Positions 52,681-64,000 of a stretch of DNA of 64,000 nucleotides are shown one piece after another. Positions within the stretch are counted from its first letter, which is position 1, and each line of letters begins with the position of its first letter. Position numbers and translations under genes: made by a program. The stretch covers positions 99,264,001 through 99,328,000 of the forward strand of contig NC_086107.1 in the NCBI RefSeq assembly GCF_963921235.1. The letters are read 5' to 3'. Below the pieces are notes generated by a model. That model was not told the DNA's origin, did not search any database, and saw only the letters and a program-made list of their open reading frames with translations. The DNA comes from Mobula hypostoma (lineage: Eukaryota).

Positions 52681-53904
52681 GCAGGATCTCTTCCTCCTTT
52701 CTACCAATGTATCCCAATATCTACCTTGTCACTCACCTCAAGAATTTGGTAGGTTCCGATGAGATTACCTCTCATTCTTCTAAACTCTCTAACCTCTGTC
52801 TCAATCACAGCGCGCAGATTCCTCAGAAAATTCCTTTTAGATACTCCCTTCCACACCATCTGTACCCCTCCGCCTCCACCACTATGATGAAGTATGTGCA
52901 CAGCTCTGACTGCAACAGCCCTTCCTGTATGCTTCAAGGCCTTGCAGGAGGAGGAGACGGATTCTGTGCGATGGCTCGCTGAGCAGCTTGGCAGATTGCC
53001 TCACTGCCAAAACTCACTGACCGGTGGTGAAAGGAGCCCTCCCCATCGTCTCCTTTCTGTACAGTCAGGGCCTCGGTCTCACTGCAGGCTGCCCTCGAGA
53101 TGGTTATCCCTCTGCTTTGGGGACTGTGTGTTTGCCAGGAATGGCTGGCAATGAATGTAGTGTAGCTTGGTTCAGATTCATCCTAAGCAGCAGAAGTAAC
53201 TTGCGGAGTTGACCAGTAGACGTTACACTCCACCCAAGTACATCACGGGCATTGAAACAAACACCAGGTGCTGTTGACAGATGCTGTCTGGCGTGGCTGA
53301 ACTTGCCGGTCCTCCAGTAGAAGGAGAAGTCTGTCCACAGCCAAGTGGCAGACACTGGGCCCGGGAGCATGAGCTGAGGGATGCGCTGAAGCTGGGTTCA
53401 GCCACTCCAAAGCTTCTACAGGGGATGGTTTGGTGCCCTCCCTCCCTCGGTGTAATTAGGGGCTGGAACCTGTGTGGGGAAAACTCTTGGGCTTCAGTAA
53501 AGTGGAACCGTGTTGCCGTCCAATGTATATAAATGAGGTGTACTTTTGGAAAGCAAACTGGTCTTGGTGTAGGTAAGCAGGGGGAAGTCAACTTGATTTA
53601 ATTTTGATCAGGAAGTTAAATATTAAATGTGAGTTCCTTGTACTTTAATCCCCTGTTACATTTCAACCACTCTGTTGGGGTCAATGGCGGGGAGTGGAGT
53701 ATGCTGGAAATGGTCATTAGGCCAAGCGCCATCCAATAGATGAAAAAACAGGCATTTCAGGCAAGAGCCCTTCATCTAACCTTACTTTCCTCTGTTCTTA
53801 GTCTTATCTTCCAACAATGTACCAACTCTGCACCAGGAACAGCACCTCTTTTTCCAATTAAGTACATTCTAATCTTCCAGACAAAATATTGAAAGTCAAC
53901 AGTT

Positions 53905-54870
53905 TTATAAGACCACAAGATATAGGAGCAGAATTAGGCCATTTGGCCCATCAAGTCTGCTCTGCCATTCCATCATGGCTGATGCAGTTTTCCTCTCAGC
54001 CTCAATCTCCTGCCTTCTCCCCGTATCCCTTCATGCCCTGATCAATCATGAATCTATCAACCTCTTCCTTAAATATATATTAAAAAATCGGCCTCCACGG
54101 CTGCCTGTTGCAAAGAATTCCACAGATTCACCATTCTCTAGCTAAAGAAATTCCTCCTCATCTCTGTTCCAAAAGGATGTCCCTCTATTCTGAGGCTGTG
54201 TCCTCTGGTCTTAGATTTTCTACATAGGCCTTTCACTATTTGATAAGTTTCAATGAGGTCACCCCTCATTTTTCTCAATTCCAGTGAATACAGACCCAGA
54301 GCCATCAAATGCATTTCATATCGCAAGCCATTCAATCCTGGAATCCTTTTCATGAACCTCCTTTGAACCCTCTCCAGTTTCAGCACATCCTCTCTAAAAT
54401 AAGGAGCCCAAAACCACATGATTCTGCAAGTGCAGCCTCACCAGTGCTTTATAAAGTCTCAACATTACATCTTTGCTTTTCTATTCTAGTCCTCTTGAAT
54501 AAATGTTAACATCGCATTTGCCTTCCTTACCACAGACTCAATCTGCAAATTAACCTTTCAGGAATCATGCACAAGTACTCCCAAGTCCCTTTGTGCCTCA
54601 GTTTTTTTTTTATTTTCTCTCCATTTAAGAAATAGTCTACCCTTTCATTTATTTGACCAAAGTGCATAACCATACACTGTATTCCATCTGCCACCACTTT
54701 GCCCATTCTCCTAAGGTGTCTAAGTCCTTCTGTAGCCTCCTCTCTACTTAAAACTATCTTCATATTGTCTGCAAACTTTGCAACAAAGCCATCAATTCCA
54801 TCATCCAAATCATTGACATTAAAAAAAAAATCAGTCCCAACACAGGCTTCTGGTGAAACATCACTAGTAC
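53905..54870 (-). mobile_element. CR1 LINE 3' fragment
   Basis: NDLDDGIDGFVAKFADN; FWAPYFREDVLKLERVQRRFMK. Confidence 0.8.
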
Positions 54871-56105
54871 TGGACCCCGCCTCCACCCCTTCCTCTTTTA
54901 TTCTGCCATGTAAGGACCTGTAGCAGATGCATTCAATACATTAAGCTCTTTACTTCCATAGGACATGCTGTAGCACATAGTCAGCAGTGGCCCACACGAA
55001 CCCAATTCATTCAATGCCTACGCCGTTGCCTGCAGGCTGCTGGAAGCCATGCCTATTGTTGGTCTTCAGGCTGAACTGTTTAGAACTCTGCTGATTCAGC
55101 AGAAATGGACAATAGAAGAGGGAAAAAAAAGTTTAGTTTAGACAAATGCAAGTCCTTTACAGATAGAAATGTATTATTATTTATAAGGTTAAACAAGTTC
55201 AAAGGAAAATGTATATGTTCCCATACACTATTGAGATTAATTTTGTTTATTTTATGTATTTAGAGATGCAGCAATCGATAAGCCCTTCCAGCTTAATGAG
55301 CCGTGCCACCCAGCACCCCACCTATTTTAACACCAGCCTAATAACAGGACTATTTACTGTTTAATAACCAATTCGCCTACTAACCGGTATGTGTTTGGAC
55401 TCTGTGTTACATATGTGTCACACAAATGATCTTCGTGGAAATGCTCGGGAATTAAGAATCTGGAAAGGAAGAACTAAAGGGAAGCAGTATCAGGAGATGA
55501 GAAGTGATATATTGCCAGGGCCTGATAATCTGCATCCCAGGATACTAAAATTGTCAGCTGGTTGCATAACCAGTCTTTTTTAAAACTTCTGACAATTCAT
55601 TTGCTTTTATATCTACTAACAAAGTCAGGCATCCATGTATCCTTAAATGATCTTATTATTGCACGTAGGGTTTGCAGGTAGTCACTCCAGGTTTTCCCCA
55701 CTGCCAGCTTAGGAGACGGACATTAATTTCTATGGCCTCTCTTCATCCTATCAAAATCAGCCACTGTGTTTACAGAGAATTACGTTTTTCTGGTGCCCAT
55801 CCACTTTATCAATCTGCCAAAATCCACCCACCCTGTTCTCCTCTGTGTTTACAGAGAGTGAGTCTTGTGCTTTCTGCAAATTTTTAAATTGCCCTAGATC
55901 TGAGAAATTACGTCTATCAAGGAAAGCTGTGTTCCTAATTTTATTCCACAGGGAGTATCCTTAAAATCGAGTAAAGTACCAGTCCACCCCCTGTTCACAC
56001 TCACACTCGCTCATTGCTGGCTTGCTTTGTTTTTCCAAGTTTAAAAAATTGTCGCAATTTAATTAATCAAGGTGTTCCTACCACAAAGGCTGATGGGCTT
56101 CCACT

Positions 56106-57646
56106 GTATAACCATATAACAATATAACAATTACAGCACAGAAACAGGCCATCTTGGCCCTTCTAGTCTGTGCCGAACTCTTACCCTATCCTAGTCCCAC
56201 CAACCTGCACTCAGCCCATAACCCTCCATTCCTTTCCTGTCCATATATCTATCCAATTTAACTTTAAATGACAACATCGAACCTGCCTCAACCACTTCTG
56301 CTGGAAGCTCGTTCCACACAGCTACCACTCTCTGAGTAAAGAAGTTCCCCCTCATGTTACCCCTAAACTTTTGTCCTTTAACTCTCAACTTATGTCCTCT
56401 TGTTTGAATCTTCCCCACTCTCAATGGAAAAAGCCTATCTACATCAACTCTATCAATCCCCCTCATAATTTTAAACACCTCTATCAAGTCCCCCCTCAAC
56501 CTTCTATGCTCCAAAGAATGAAGACCTAACTTGTTCAACCTTTCTCTGTAACTTAAGAGATGAAACCCAGGCAACATTTTAGTAAATCTCCTCTGTACTC
56601 TCTCAATTTTATTGACATCTTTCCTATAATTCGGTGACCAGAACTGTACACAATATTCCAGATTTGGCCTTACCAATGCCTTATACAAATTCAACATTAC
56701 ATCCCAACTCCTATACTCAATGCTCTGATTAATAAAGGCCAGCAAACCAAAAGCTTTCTTCACCACCCTATCTACATGAGATTCCATCTTCAGGGAACTA
56801 TGCACCATTATTCCTAGATCCCTCTGTTCTAAAGCATTCTTTAATGCCCTACCATTTACCATGTATGTCCTATTTTGATTAGTTCTACCAAAATGCAGCA
56901 CCTCACATTTTTCAGCATTAAACTCCATCTGCCATCTTTCAGCCCACTCTTCTAACTGGCCTAAATCTCTCTGCAAGTTTTGAAAACCTACCTGATCATC
57001 CACAACACCACCTATTTTAGTATCATCTGCACACTTACTAATCCAATTTACCACCCCATCATCTAGATCATTAATATATATTACAAACAACATTGGACCC
57101 AGTACAAATCCCTGAGGCGCACTGCCACACACCGTCCTCCAATCTGACACAGTTATCCACCACTACTCTGTGGCGTTTCCCATCTAGCCACTGCTGAATC
57201 CATTTTACTACTTCCATATTAATGCCTAACGATTGAACCTTCCTAACTAACCTTCCATGTGGAACCTTGTCAAAGGCCTTACTGAAGTCCATATAGACAA
57301 CATCCACCGTTTTTACCCTTGTCAACTTTCTTAGTAACCTCTTCAAAATATTCAATAAGATTTGTCAAACATGACCTTCCACGCACAAATCCATGTTGAC
57401 TCTTCCTAATCAGACCCTGTCTATCCAGCAAATTATATATACCATCTCTAAGAATACTTTCCATCAATTTACCCACCACTGACGTCAAACTCACAGGCTG
57501 ATAATTGCCAGGTTTACTCTTAGAACCCTTTTTAAACAATGGAACCACATGAGCAATATGCCAATCCTCCGGCACCATCCCCGTTTCTAATGACATTTGA
57601 AATATTTCTGTCAGAGCCCTTGTTATTTCCACACTAACTTCCCTCT
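56106..57646 (-). mobile_element. 5'-truncated CR1 LINE, RT to 3' tail, frameshifted
   Basis: Overlapping ORFs 57279-57632, 57071-57355 and 56191-57150: VPEDW..YQPVSLTS, VYMDFSKAFDKVPH, PQGFVLGP..ADDTK. Short tandem tail. Confidence 0.92.
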
Positions 57647-60262
57647 TAAGTTAGTCAAGGGCTCACTGAGGATTTGTGCATCTCTTTAATCACACCCTTG
57701 TGCAGAGCCAGAGTCTCACCAAGTTTAAGTTCAGGTAATAAACTCCAATTATATTATTTTACTATGAACAGTGCTCAGTGCAGAGTGCACCTTAGCTGGG
57801 ATGTGAAGAATATCCACAGGGCCATCGACTGATCACTCAATAACTCCACTGCGTCCTGGAAAAAGGTCTCTGTACAGTCACTGTAACCATGGACCACCGC
57901 CTTCTCCAGAGCCTCCCATGGAATTACCCCGCTGCAAGAAGAGCTCTGGCTGGAGTCTCAGCCATATTCTCCTATTCTTTCTCCATCTTCAACACCTGTT
58001 CACCGACTGAACCAGCACTCTTTCAGGCCGTGAGTTCTAGGTTGTAACTACAAGCATTTGGATGGGTGCATAGACGGGAGGGACTTACAGAATACAGGCA
58101 ACTGGGTCAAGCAGGGAGGATGCTGTGACCTGACAGACCAGTTGGTCTGAAGGGCCTGTATTGGAATCTGGAAAAACACAGTGAGGAAACAAGTCCTTCA
58201 GCCCCACTTGTCAAGGTACCCATCTAAGCTAATCCCACATTAGGCCCATATTCCTGTAAACCTATCCTATGCATGTACGTATCCAAAAGTCTCTTGAATG
58301 TTGTTATTGCATCTGCCCCTGCCACTCCCTTTATAAAGGACCACCATCTGTGAGCAGAAGTCGCTCCTCAGGGCCTGTTTAAATCTTTCCTCTCTTACCC
58401 TAAAGCTATGGCCTCTATTTTTTAATTCCATTTGCCTGGAGAATATATATATATATATACACACACATACAGTATATATATTCTCTGTATAAAATGTTTC
58501 TCTGCACAACCCTCAGGTCTTTTAGCCAGATGTTAAACTTTGTCCTTGATCCAACTGCCAATGGAGCCGTCAAAATACACTTATTAGCAAAGAACATATT
58601 TGTCACCATATGCTACCTTGAGATTCATTTTTCTTGCAGGTGTTTACGATAAAATAAAGAAATATAATTTATGAAAACTGTACATAAAGAACAACAAGTA
58701 ACAAATGTGCAAAAGAAAACATGGTTCAAATAAAAATAAAATTGAGAACAGGAGTTGTCAAGTCCATGAGACTTTCTCTTAAGTGCCCCTTTCCAAACTT
58801 TGGTACTTCTCCAGCGTATCTCTGCATCTGAAGTTGAAATTCTTCATCTGGGAACCATTCCAGGAAACCTTTCCTGTAACCCCTCCCGGACCCCGGCCTC
58901 TTGACCATCATTTGGCTGTTCTGCACCTCCTCTCCTTTGTGTGCAGTTCTGTGGCCTGTTGCCTCGTGGAGCAGAACTCTCCAGTGTGGGCAAACTCTTC
59001 TTCAGTCACTGTGTCTGGAGCAGCAGATGACCTACTGAGAAAGTCAATGGGCTGTGTGCCATCTGTGGAGTGGAAAGGCAACAGCATGTAGAGACTTTGA
59101 GATAAGCTAGTCAAGGCCTTCCATCCGGACTGAGAATGCAGGAGTGAGGAGAAGGGTAGAGAGGTCAAAAGAGAAGTTGTTTCAGGGCAAGGACGAGCTC
59201 TGCTTGGGCAGGGGTGTGAGCGTTGTGGAGGGAACTGAGTGCTCTTTTGTTGTAGGAAGAAGCAAAGGACTTTAAGAGCTCCCTAATGGATCAGGTCTGT
59301 GTAAAGACCAGACATCCATGGTGAGGATAAGGTGGTTGGGGCTGGGGAATCAGAAGCTGACAAAATGGTGGCCATGGGAGGTGTCCCAGATGTAGATGGA
59401 AGGGGACTAGACCAGGGAAAACAGGATGGAGTTGAGGTAATGAAGAGTTAAGTTCAGTGGGACAAGAGCAGGCAGAAACAATGGCCCTACCAGCACAGTC
59501 TAATACTCTGACTGCTGTCTGCACGTGGGGCACGTGTCCTGGAGTGAAGGGGTTTCCTTGTCCTCGGTTCCCTCTAGAGGTAGAGTTGCCCGATGTTTAC
59601 CAGTAGGACAGCCACTTTTGTACAATCTGCCCTCTTTAAGTCAGGGATTCCAATTCCCAAAGCGCATGTTGGGATTAAATTTCTTCCACTTAACGTTCCA
59701 TTTGATTTATATCTGTCTTCCTCACCATCCACAACACCGCCAGTGCTCGTGTCACCTTAAATCGTATCTCCATTTCTTTCTCTTTATGCTGTTGACTCTA
59801 CCTTGCTGCGAGTACTGTGCATTTTTCGTGGCCTTTGGTTTTAACCCCATGATCTCTGACGTACTCTGACTCTGCTGACGCGCTCCCTGTGTCAATTCCA
59901 TCAACTGCACTCTTGCGTTCAGAGAGGCTGTGGTGCAGAAAGAAATTTCCAGCCGTGGACCCCCTACCATTAACTGAGGGGTCCGTGGACCCCAGATTGG
60001 GACCACCGTTCTAAAGTGAAGAGGCAGAGTTTAGAGTGTAACAGCACCACCTGGAAGCGAGGATAAGTTCAGAAGTCTGTATCAGTGCAGAAGATGCTGA
60101 TCCTGAGTCTCCAGGTTTTCAAGCTCCTGTATCTTCTCCCAGAGGGTAGAAACAGAAAAGGGGAATGGCCAGGCATCCCTGACCATACCTCAGCTTTCCT
60201 GAACCAACGGGATGTTTGATTTCTTAACACAAAAGGCATAAAGAACAAGCAACAAGAGTGGT

Positions 60263-60682
60263 GATCCTGCGGTTAAATTTGAAGAAACTTGGAAACCTTT
60301 TATGCAACATTTTCATATGATGTAATCTGACCTTTCCAAATCTTTTTTCTAAACTTAAATTATATGAGGAGAGGAGCGGAGTTAACGACATTATTGAACA
60401 TGTCCGATATAAGCTGTTGGTCTAGCCCTGTTTTGTTCTTTTTCTTGGGTTTTTTTTTTTCTTTTTTTTTCTTTTGGGGTTTTTTTTTGTTTATATTTTT
60501 TTTCTTTTTATTTCTTTTTTAATGTTTAATCTCATTATGAGTTTGGAAGTCTTTTATATCTATGTTACTTAAAATTCATTTTATATATATTGATGAACAT
60601 TTTTCCAATCTCTGTGTACCAACTTCGTTATTGAGTTTGTAATTTTGAAAAATTAATAAAAAGATTTAAAAAGAAAAAAAAG
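60263..60682 (+). mobile_element. Short L1 3' end
   Basis: KFEETWKPFMQHFHMM* ORF2 end, T-rich UTR, AATAAA and A tail. TSD AGAGTGGT at 60255-60262 and 60683-60690. Confidence 0.8.
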
Positions 60683-61155
60683 AGAGTGGTAAGAAGCCAT
60701 TGTGATGTGACCACACTGAACGACAGAGCAAACACAAGGAGCTGAATGGCTCCTGTTTCCGGTATCCAGAGCCACGGCTCTCCAGGTCACAATGAAGGCT
60801 CAGCCACTGCAGCTGTTCAAGGAGATCAAGCGGTTCCACTTAAACTTCATCTGCCCTACCCATCCCTGACCAGTGCACAGATAACGCGAGGGCTGGGTAG
60901 AGAAGGCACTGTCTCTCACCCCAGAGCTGGCCCCTGGGCTACAGGAGGAACTGAAGGCCTGGCTGGTGGAAGCTGAGGTGGCCAGGGGGGGAATAGAACC
61001 AAGTTCTCTGCACCATCACATGATGAGAAGGGGATGTTGCTCAATTTCAGTTTGAATTATGACTAAATCCAAACCACAAGAGGAACTCAACCAAACAGCA
61101 GGCTTCCTGCTTTGCACTCCCAGCAAAGTGAGCAGCGAAAGGCAGGAGAATGTCC

Positions 61156-61374
61156 CTATCCGGGAGAATCCTCATCAGTCTCCTGCTTTACTTGCCGCAA
61201 GGTAGGAATCAGCATTCGGGCCAGAGCGTCTTTTGGCGGGGGACGTTCCTGGGAAATCCGGATTTTTGGCGCCCTCGGGAGAGGAAAGGTTGAACTGTCT
61301 GCTGGGCACTTCCACGGGTGGGTGAACAAATTGTGTGTGACATTGGGGGCGGGGGGCACAGAGACACAGGACAG
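61156..61374 (-). CDS. Candidate terminal coding exon of a convergent gene
   Basis: CpG-rich, non-repeat sequence. Possible acceptor TCTTTGCTCAG|. The open frame ends LRQVKQETDEDSPG*. Confidence 0.3.
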   Translation of the reverse strand: MSCVSVPPAPNVTHNLFTHPWKCPADSSTFPLPRAPKIRISQERPPPKDALARMLIPTLRQVKQETDEDSPG

Positions 61375-62434
61375 CTGAGCAAAGACTTAGATTCCAAGGT
61401 GGCCAGAGAGAGAGGGATGAAGATGTAAGGAGAGGGAGGTCCAGACGTTGGGAGGAAGTGGGGGGAGGTCTCTCAGCAGCTAAGGGCAGGCACACTGCCA
61501 GTGGTGAAGGAATGGGACAATCCCGCCATCTCAGAGTTACAGAGAAAGGAGGAGAATGGGAACATTGTCATTTGAGGGGTTACCTAACTGAGAGCTGGGG
61601 CAGGGCAATGGTGAGAGAGGGGTCCTCAGTGGAGGTTGGGTTGGTGTTTACACAGAAAAGCTGGAAAGCCTTGAAGTTCCAGCAGATACAGGAGCGAAAT
61701 TAGGCTGTTCGGCCCATCGAGTCTGCTCTGCCATTCAATTATAACTGATTTTATTAATAATTCATTATCTTCCCTCCTCCCTATAACTCTAATCCCTCTT
61801 ACCGATCAAGAACCTATCAATTTCTGCCTCAAATACACCAAATGATTTGGCCTCCACGGCACTCTGTGGCAATTAATTCCTCAGGTTCCCCACGCTCCAG
61901 CTGGAAGAATTCCTCCTTCATCTTGGTTTTAAAAGGACATCCCTTTATTCTGAGGCTGTACCCTCCGATCCTAGTAACATCCTCTCCACGTCCAATCTAT
62001 CCAGATCTTTCGGTGTCCAGTAGATACCCCTCTCCTTCGTCCTTCTGAACTCCATCAGGTACTGACCCAGGGGTATCAAGTTCGCGGTTAATATCACTGA
62101 CAAATGTAACGAAATCTGTTGGAGTTTTGCACCAGCAGTCCATTGTAATACATAATTTTAAAATATCAATTACAATAGAAATATGTTTTTAAAAAATTAA
62201 GTACGTAGTGCAAAAAGAGAGCTTAGAAAGTATTCAGGCAGTGCACACGAGTTCATTGTCCATTTAGAGATCTGATGGGAGCGGAGAAGAAAAGTTCAAG
62301 GTACACGTATGTTACCATGTACAACCCTGAGATTCGTTTTATTGCATACACAGTAAATCCAAGAAACACAATCAAATCACTTAAAGACTGCACCAATAAG
62401 ATGGCAAACAGTTAATATGCAGAATGTACAAAAA

Positions 62435-63740
62435 AGAAAATAATAACAAATAAGCAGTAAGTATCGAGAATATATTGAGAAGCTGTTCCTAAAACATTGA
62501 GTACATGTCTTCGGGCTCCAATACCTCCTCCTTGATGACAACGACAAGAGAGCATGTCCTGGGGGCCGGGGGTCCTTAATGACGGATGCCATCTTTTTTA
62601 AGGCATCACTTTTTTGAAGATGTCCTCGATGCTGGGGAGGCCGGTGCCCATGGTGGGGCTGGCTGAGTTCGCAACTTCCTGCAGCTTTTTCTGATGCTGC
62701 GCAGTCACACCTCCAGTTAGAATGCTCCGCCTGTCACATCTGTAGAGATGTCCAAGTCTTCGGTGTCATAGAAAGTCCCCTCAGACTCCCGATGAGATCG
62801 AGGCACTGTCGTGCTTTCTTTGTAACTGCGTCAATACTTTGGGCCTAAGATGGAACTTGGGAGATGTTGACACCCAGGAACTTGAAACTGGCCACCCTTT
62901 CCACATCTGATCCCTCGAACAGGACTAGTGTGGTCTTGATCTCGGCTTTATTGACATCGAGGGCAAGACTGTTGCTGTGGACCCGCTCAATCAGCTGATC
63001 GACTTCACCCCTGTACGCTTTCTCATCACCATCTGAAATTCTGCCAACAATTAGAAAATTTATAAATGGCCTTTGAGCTGTGCCAAACCACACAGTTGTG
63101 GCTATAGAGAGATTAGAGAAGTGGGTTGACTATGCATCCTTGAGGTGCACTGGTGTTGACGGCCAGTGAGAAGGGGATGTTATTTACGATCTGCCCAGAC
63201 TGTGGTCTCCCAATGAAGAAGGCAAGAGGGAGGTACAGAGGTCTAGGTTTTGGAGCTTTTTGATTAGAACCGAGGGTACGATGGTGTTGAACGCTGAGCT
63301 GTAGTCAACAACAGCAGCCCGACATAAGGATTGCTGTTGTCCAGGTGATCGAAGGCAGAGTGAGGAGCTGGTGAGACTGCATCCGCTGTAGACCTATTAT
63401 AGTGATAGGCAAATTGCAGTGGGTCCAGGTTCTTGCTTAGGCAGGAGTTGAATCTGATGATGACCCACCTCTCAATGCACTTCAGGGTGATGGGCATTGT
63501 GGCATCTCACCCTGCTCTTCTTGGGCGCTGGTATGATTGTTGCACTTTTGAAGCAAGTGGGAACCTCTGGCTGCAGCAGTGAGAGACTGAAGATGTCCTT
63601 GAACACTCCTGCACGTCGGTTGGCACAGGTTTTCAGTCCCCTACCAGATACCTGGCCAGGACCAGACCCCTTGCACAGGTTCACCCCCTCAAAAGATGTT
63701 CTTACGTTGGCCTCTGAGACCGCGATCACAGGGTCAGCAT
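62435..63740 (-). mobile_element. Rex1/Babar-type LINE RT and 3' region, degraded
   Basis: VSEANVRTSF..VFKDIFSLSL..VPTCFKSATIIPAPKK; LDPLQFAYHYNRSTADA; VERVASFKFLGVNIS. Confidence 0.85.
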
Positions 63741-64000
63741 AAAGCTCTCATCAGCTGTTAAGCCTCTCACTCCAGGAATCATTTGTCCTCTGGACCCTCT
63801 CTGGAGCCAGCACATCTTTCCTGAGATATGGGGGCTCAGGTACCACACTTCTAGAAACTGCCGAATCTGGTGCAGAGGTGGACTGCGGTAGAATGCAAAA
63901 ATCTCAGACACACGTAAAAAAAATCTCCAAGATGAAGATGTTTTCAAAAATAATACAAAAGTTTCTAAGTATTAAAAAATTACCATAAAGAGCAGTAAAC

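Noticed and set aside
56191..57632. Functional reverse transcriptase gene
   Set aside because: It is a 5'-truncated CR1 split over three frames.
1..64000. CRISPR arrays, operons or prokaryotic defence systems
   Set aside because: The DNA is eukaryotic with spliceosomal introns, and no regularly spaced repeat-spacer array was seen.

Overview
Vertebrate genomic DNA; the repeat landscape suggests a cartilaginous fish, probably a ray (inference). The window holds the complete coding structure of one plus-strand gene, TCF20 (RAI1 paralogue). Its exons are a giant exon (12994-18023, ATG at 13029), exons at 39151-39244, 41372-41421 and 43527-43613 (stop 43572-43574), and a separate 3'UTR exon from 43949, giving about 1728 aa. 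No promoter or first exon was confidently found. Most of the remainder is transposable-element debris: a young L1 with an apparently unbroken ORF2, many CR1 and Rex1/Babar fragments, V-SINEs, CORE-like SINEs, Tigger and hAT MITEs, and Penelope-derived palindromes. Most notable: (1) the palindromes carry minimal hammerhead-ribozyme cores; (2) a locally templated, inverted 231-bp insertion has its own 10-bp target duplication; (3) two SINEs share a head but have different tails; (4) there is a candidate terminal exon of a convergent gene near 61.2 kb. Family assignments come from recalled motifs, not searches, and TE boundaries without a stated target-site duplication (TSD) are approximate.
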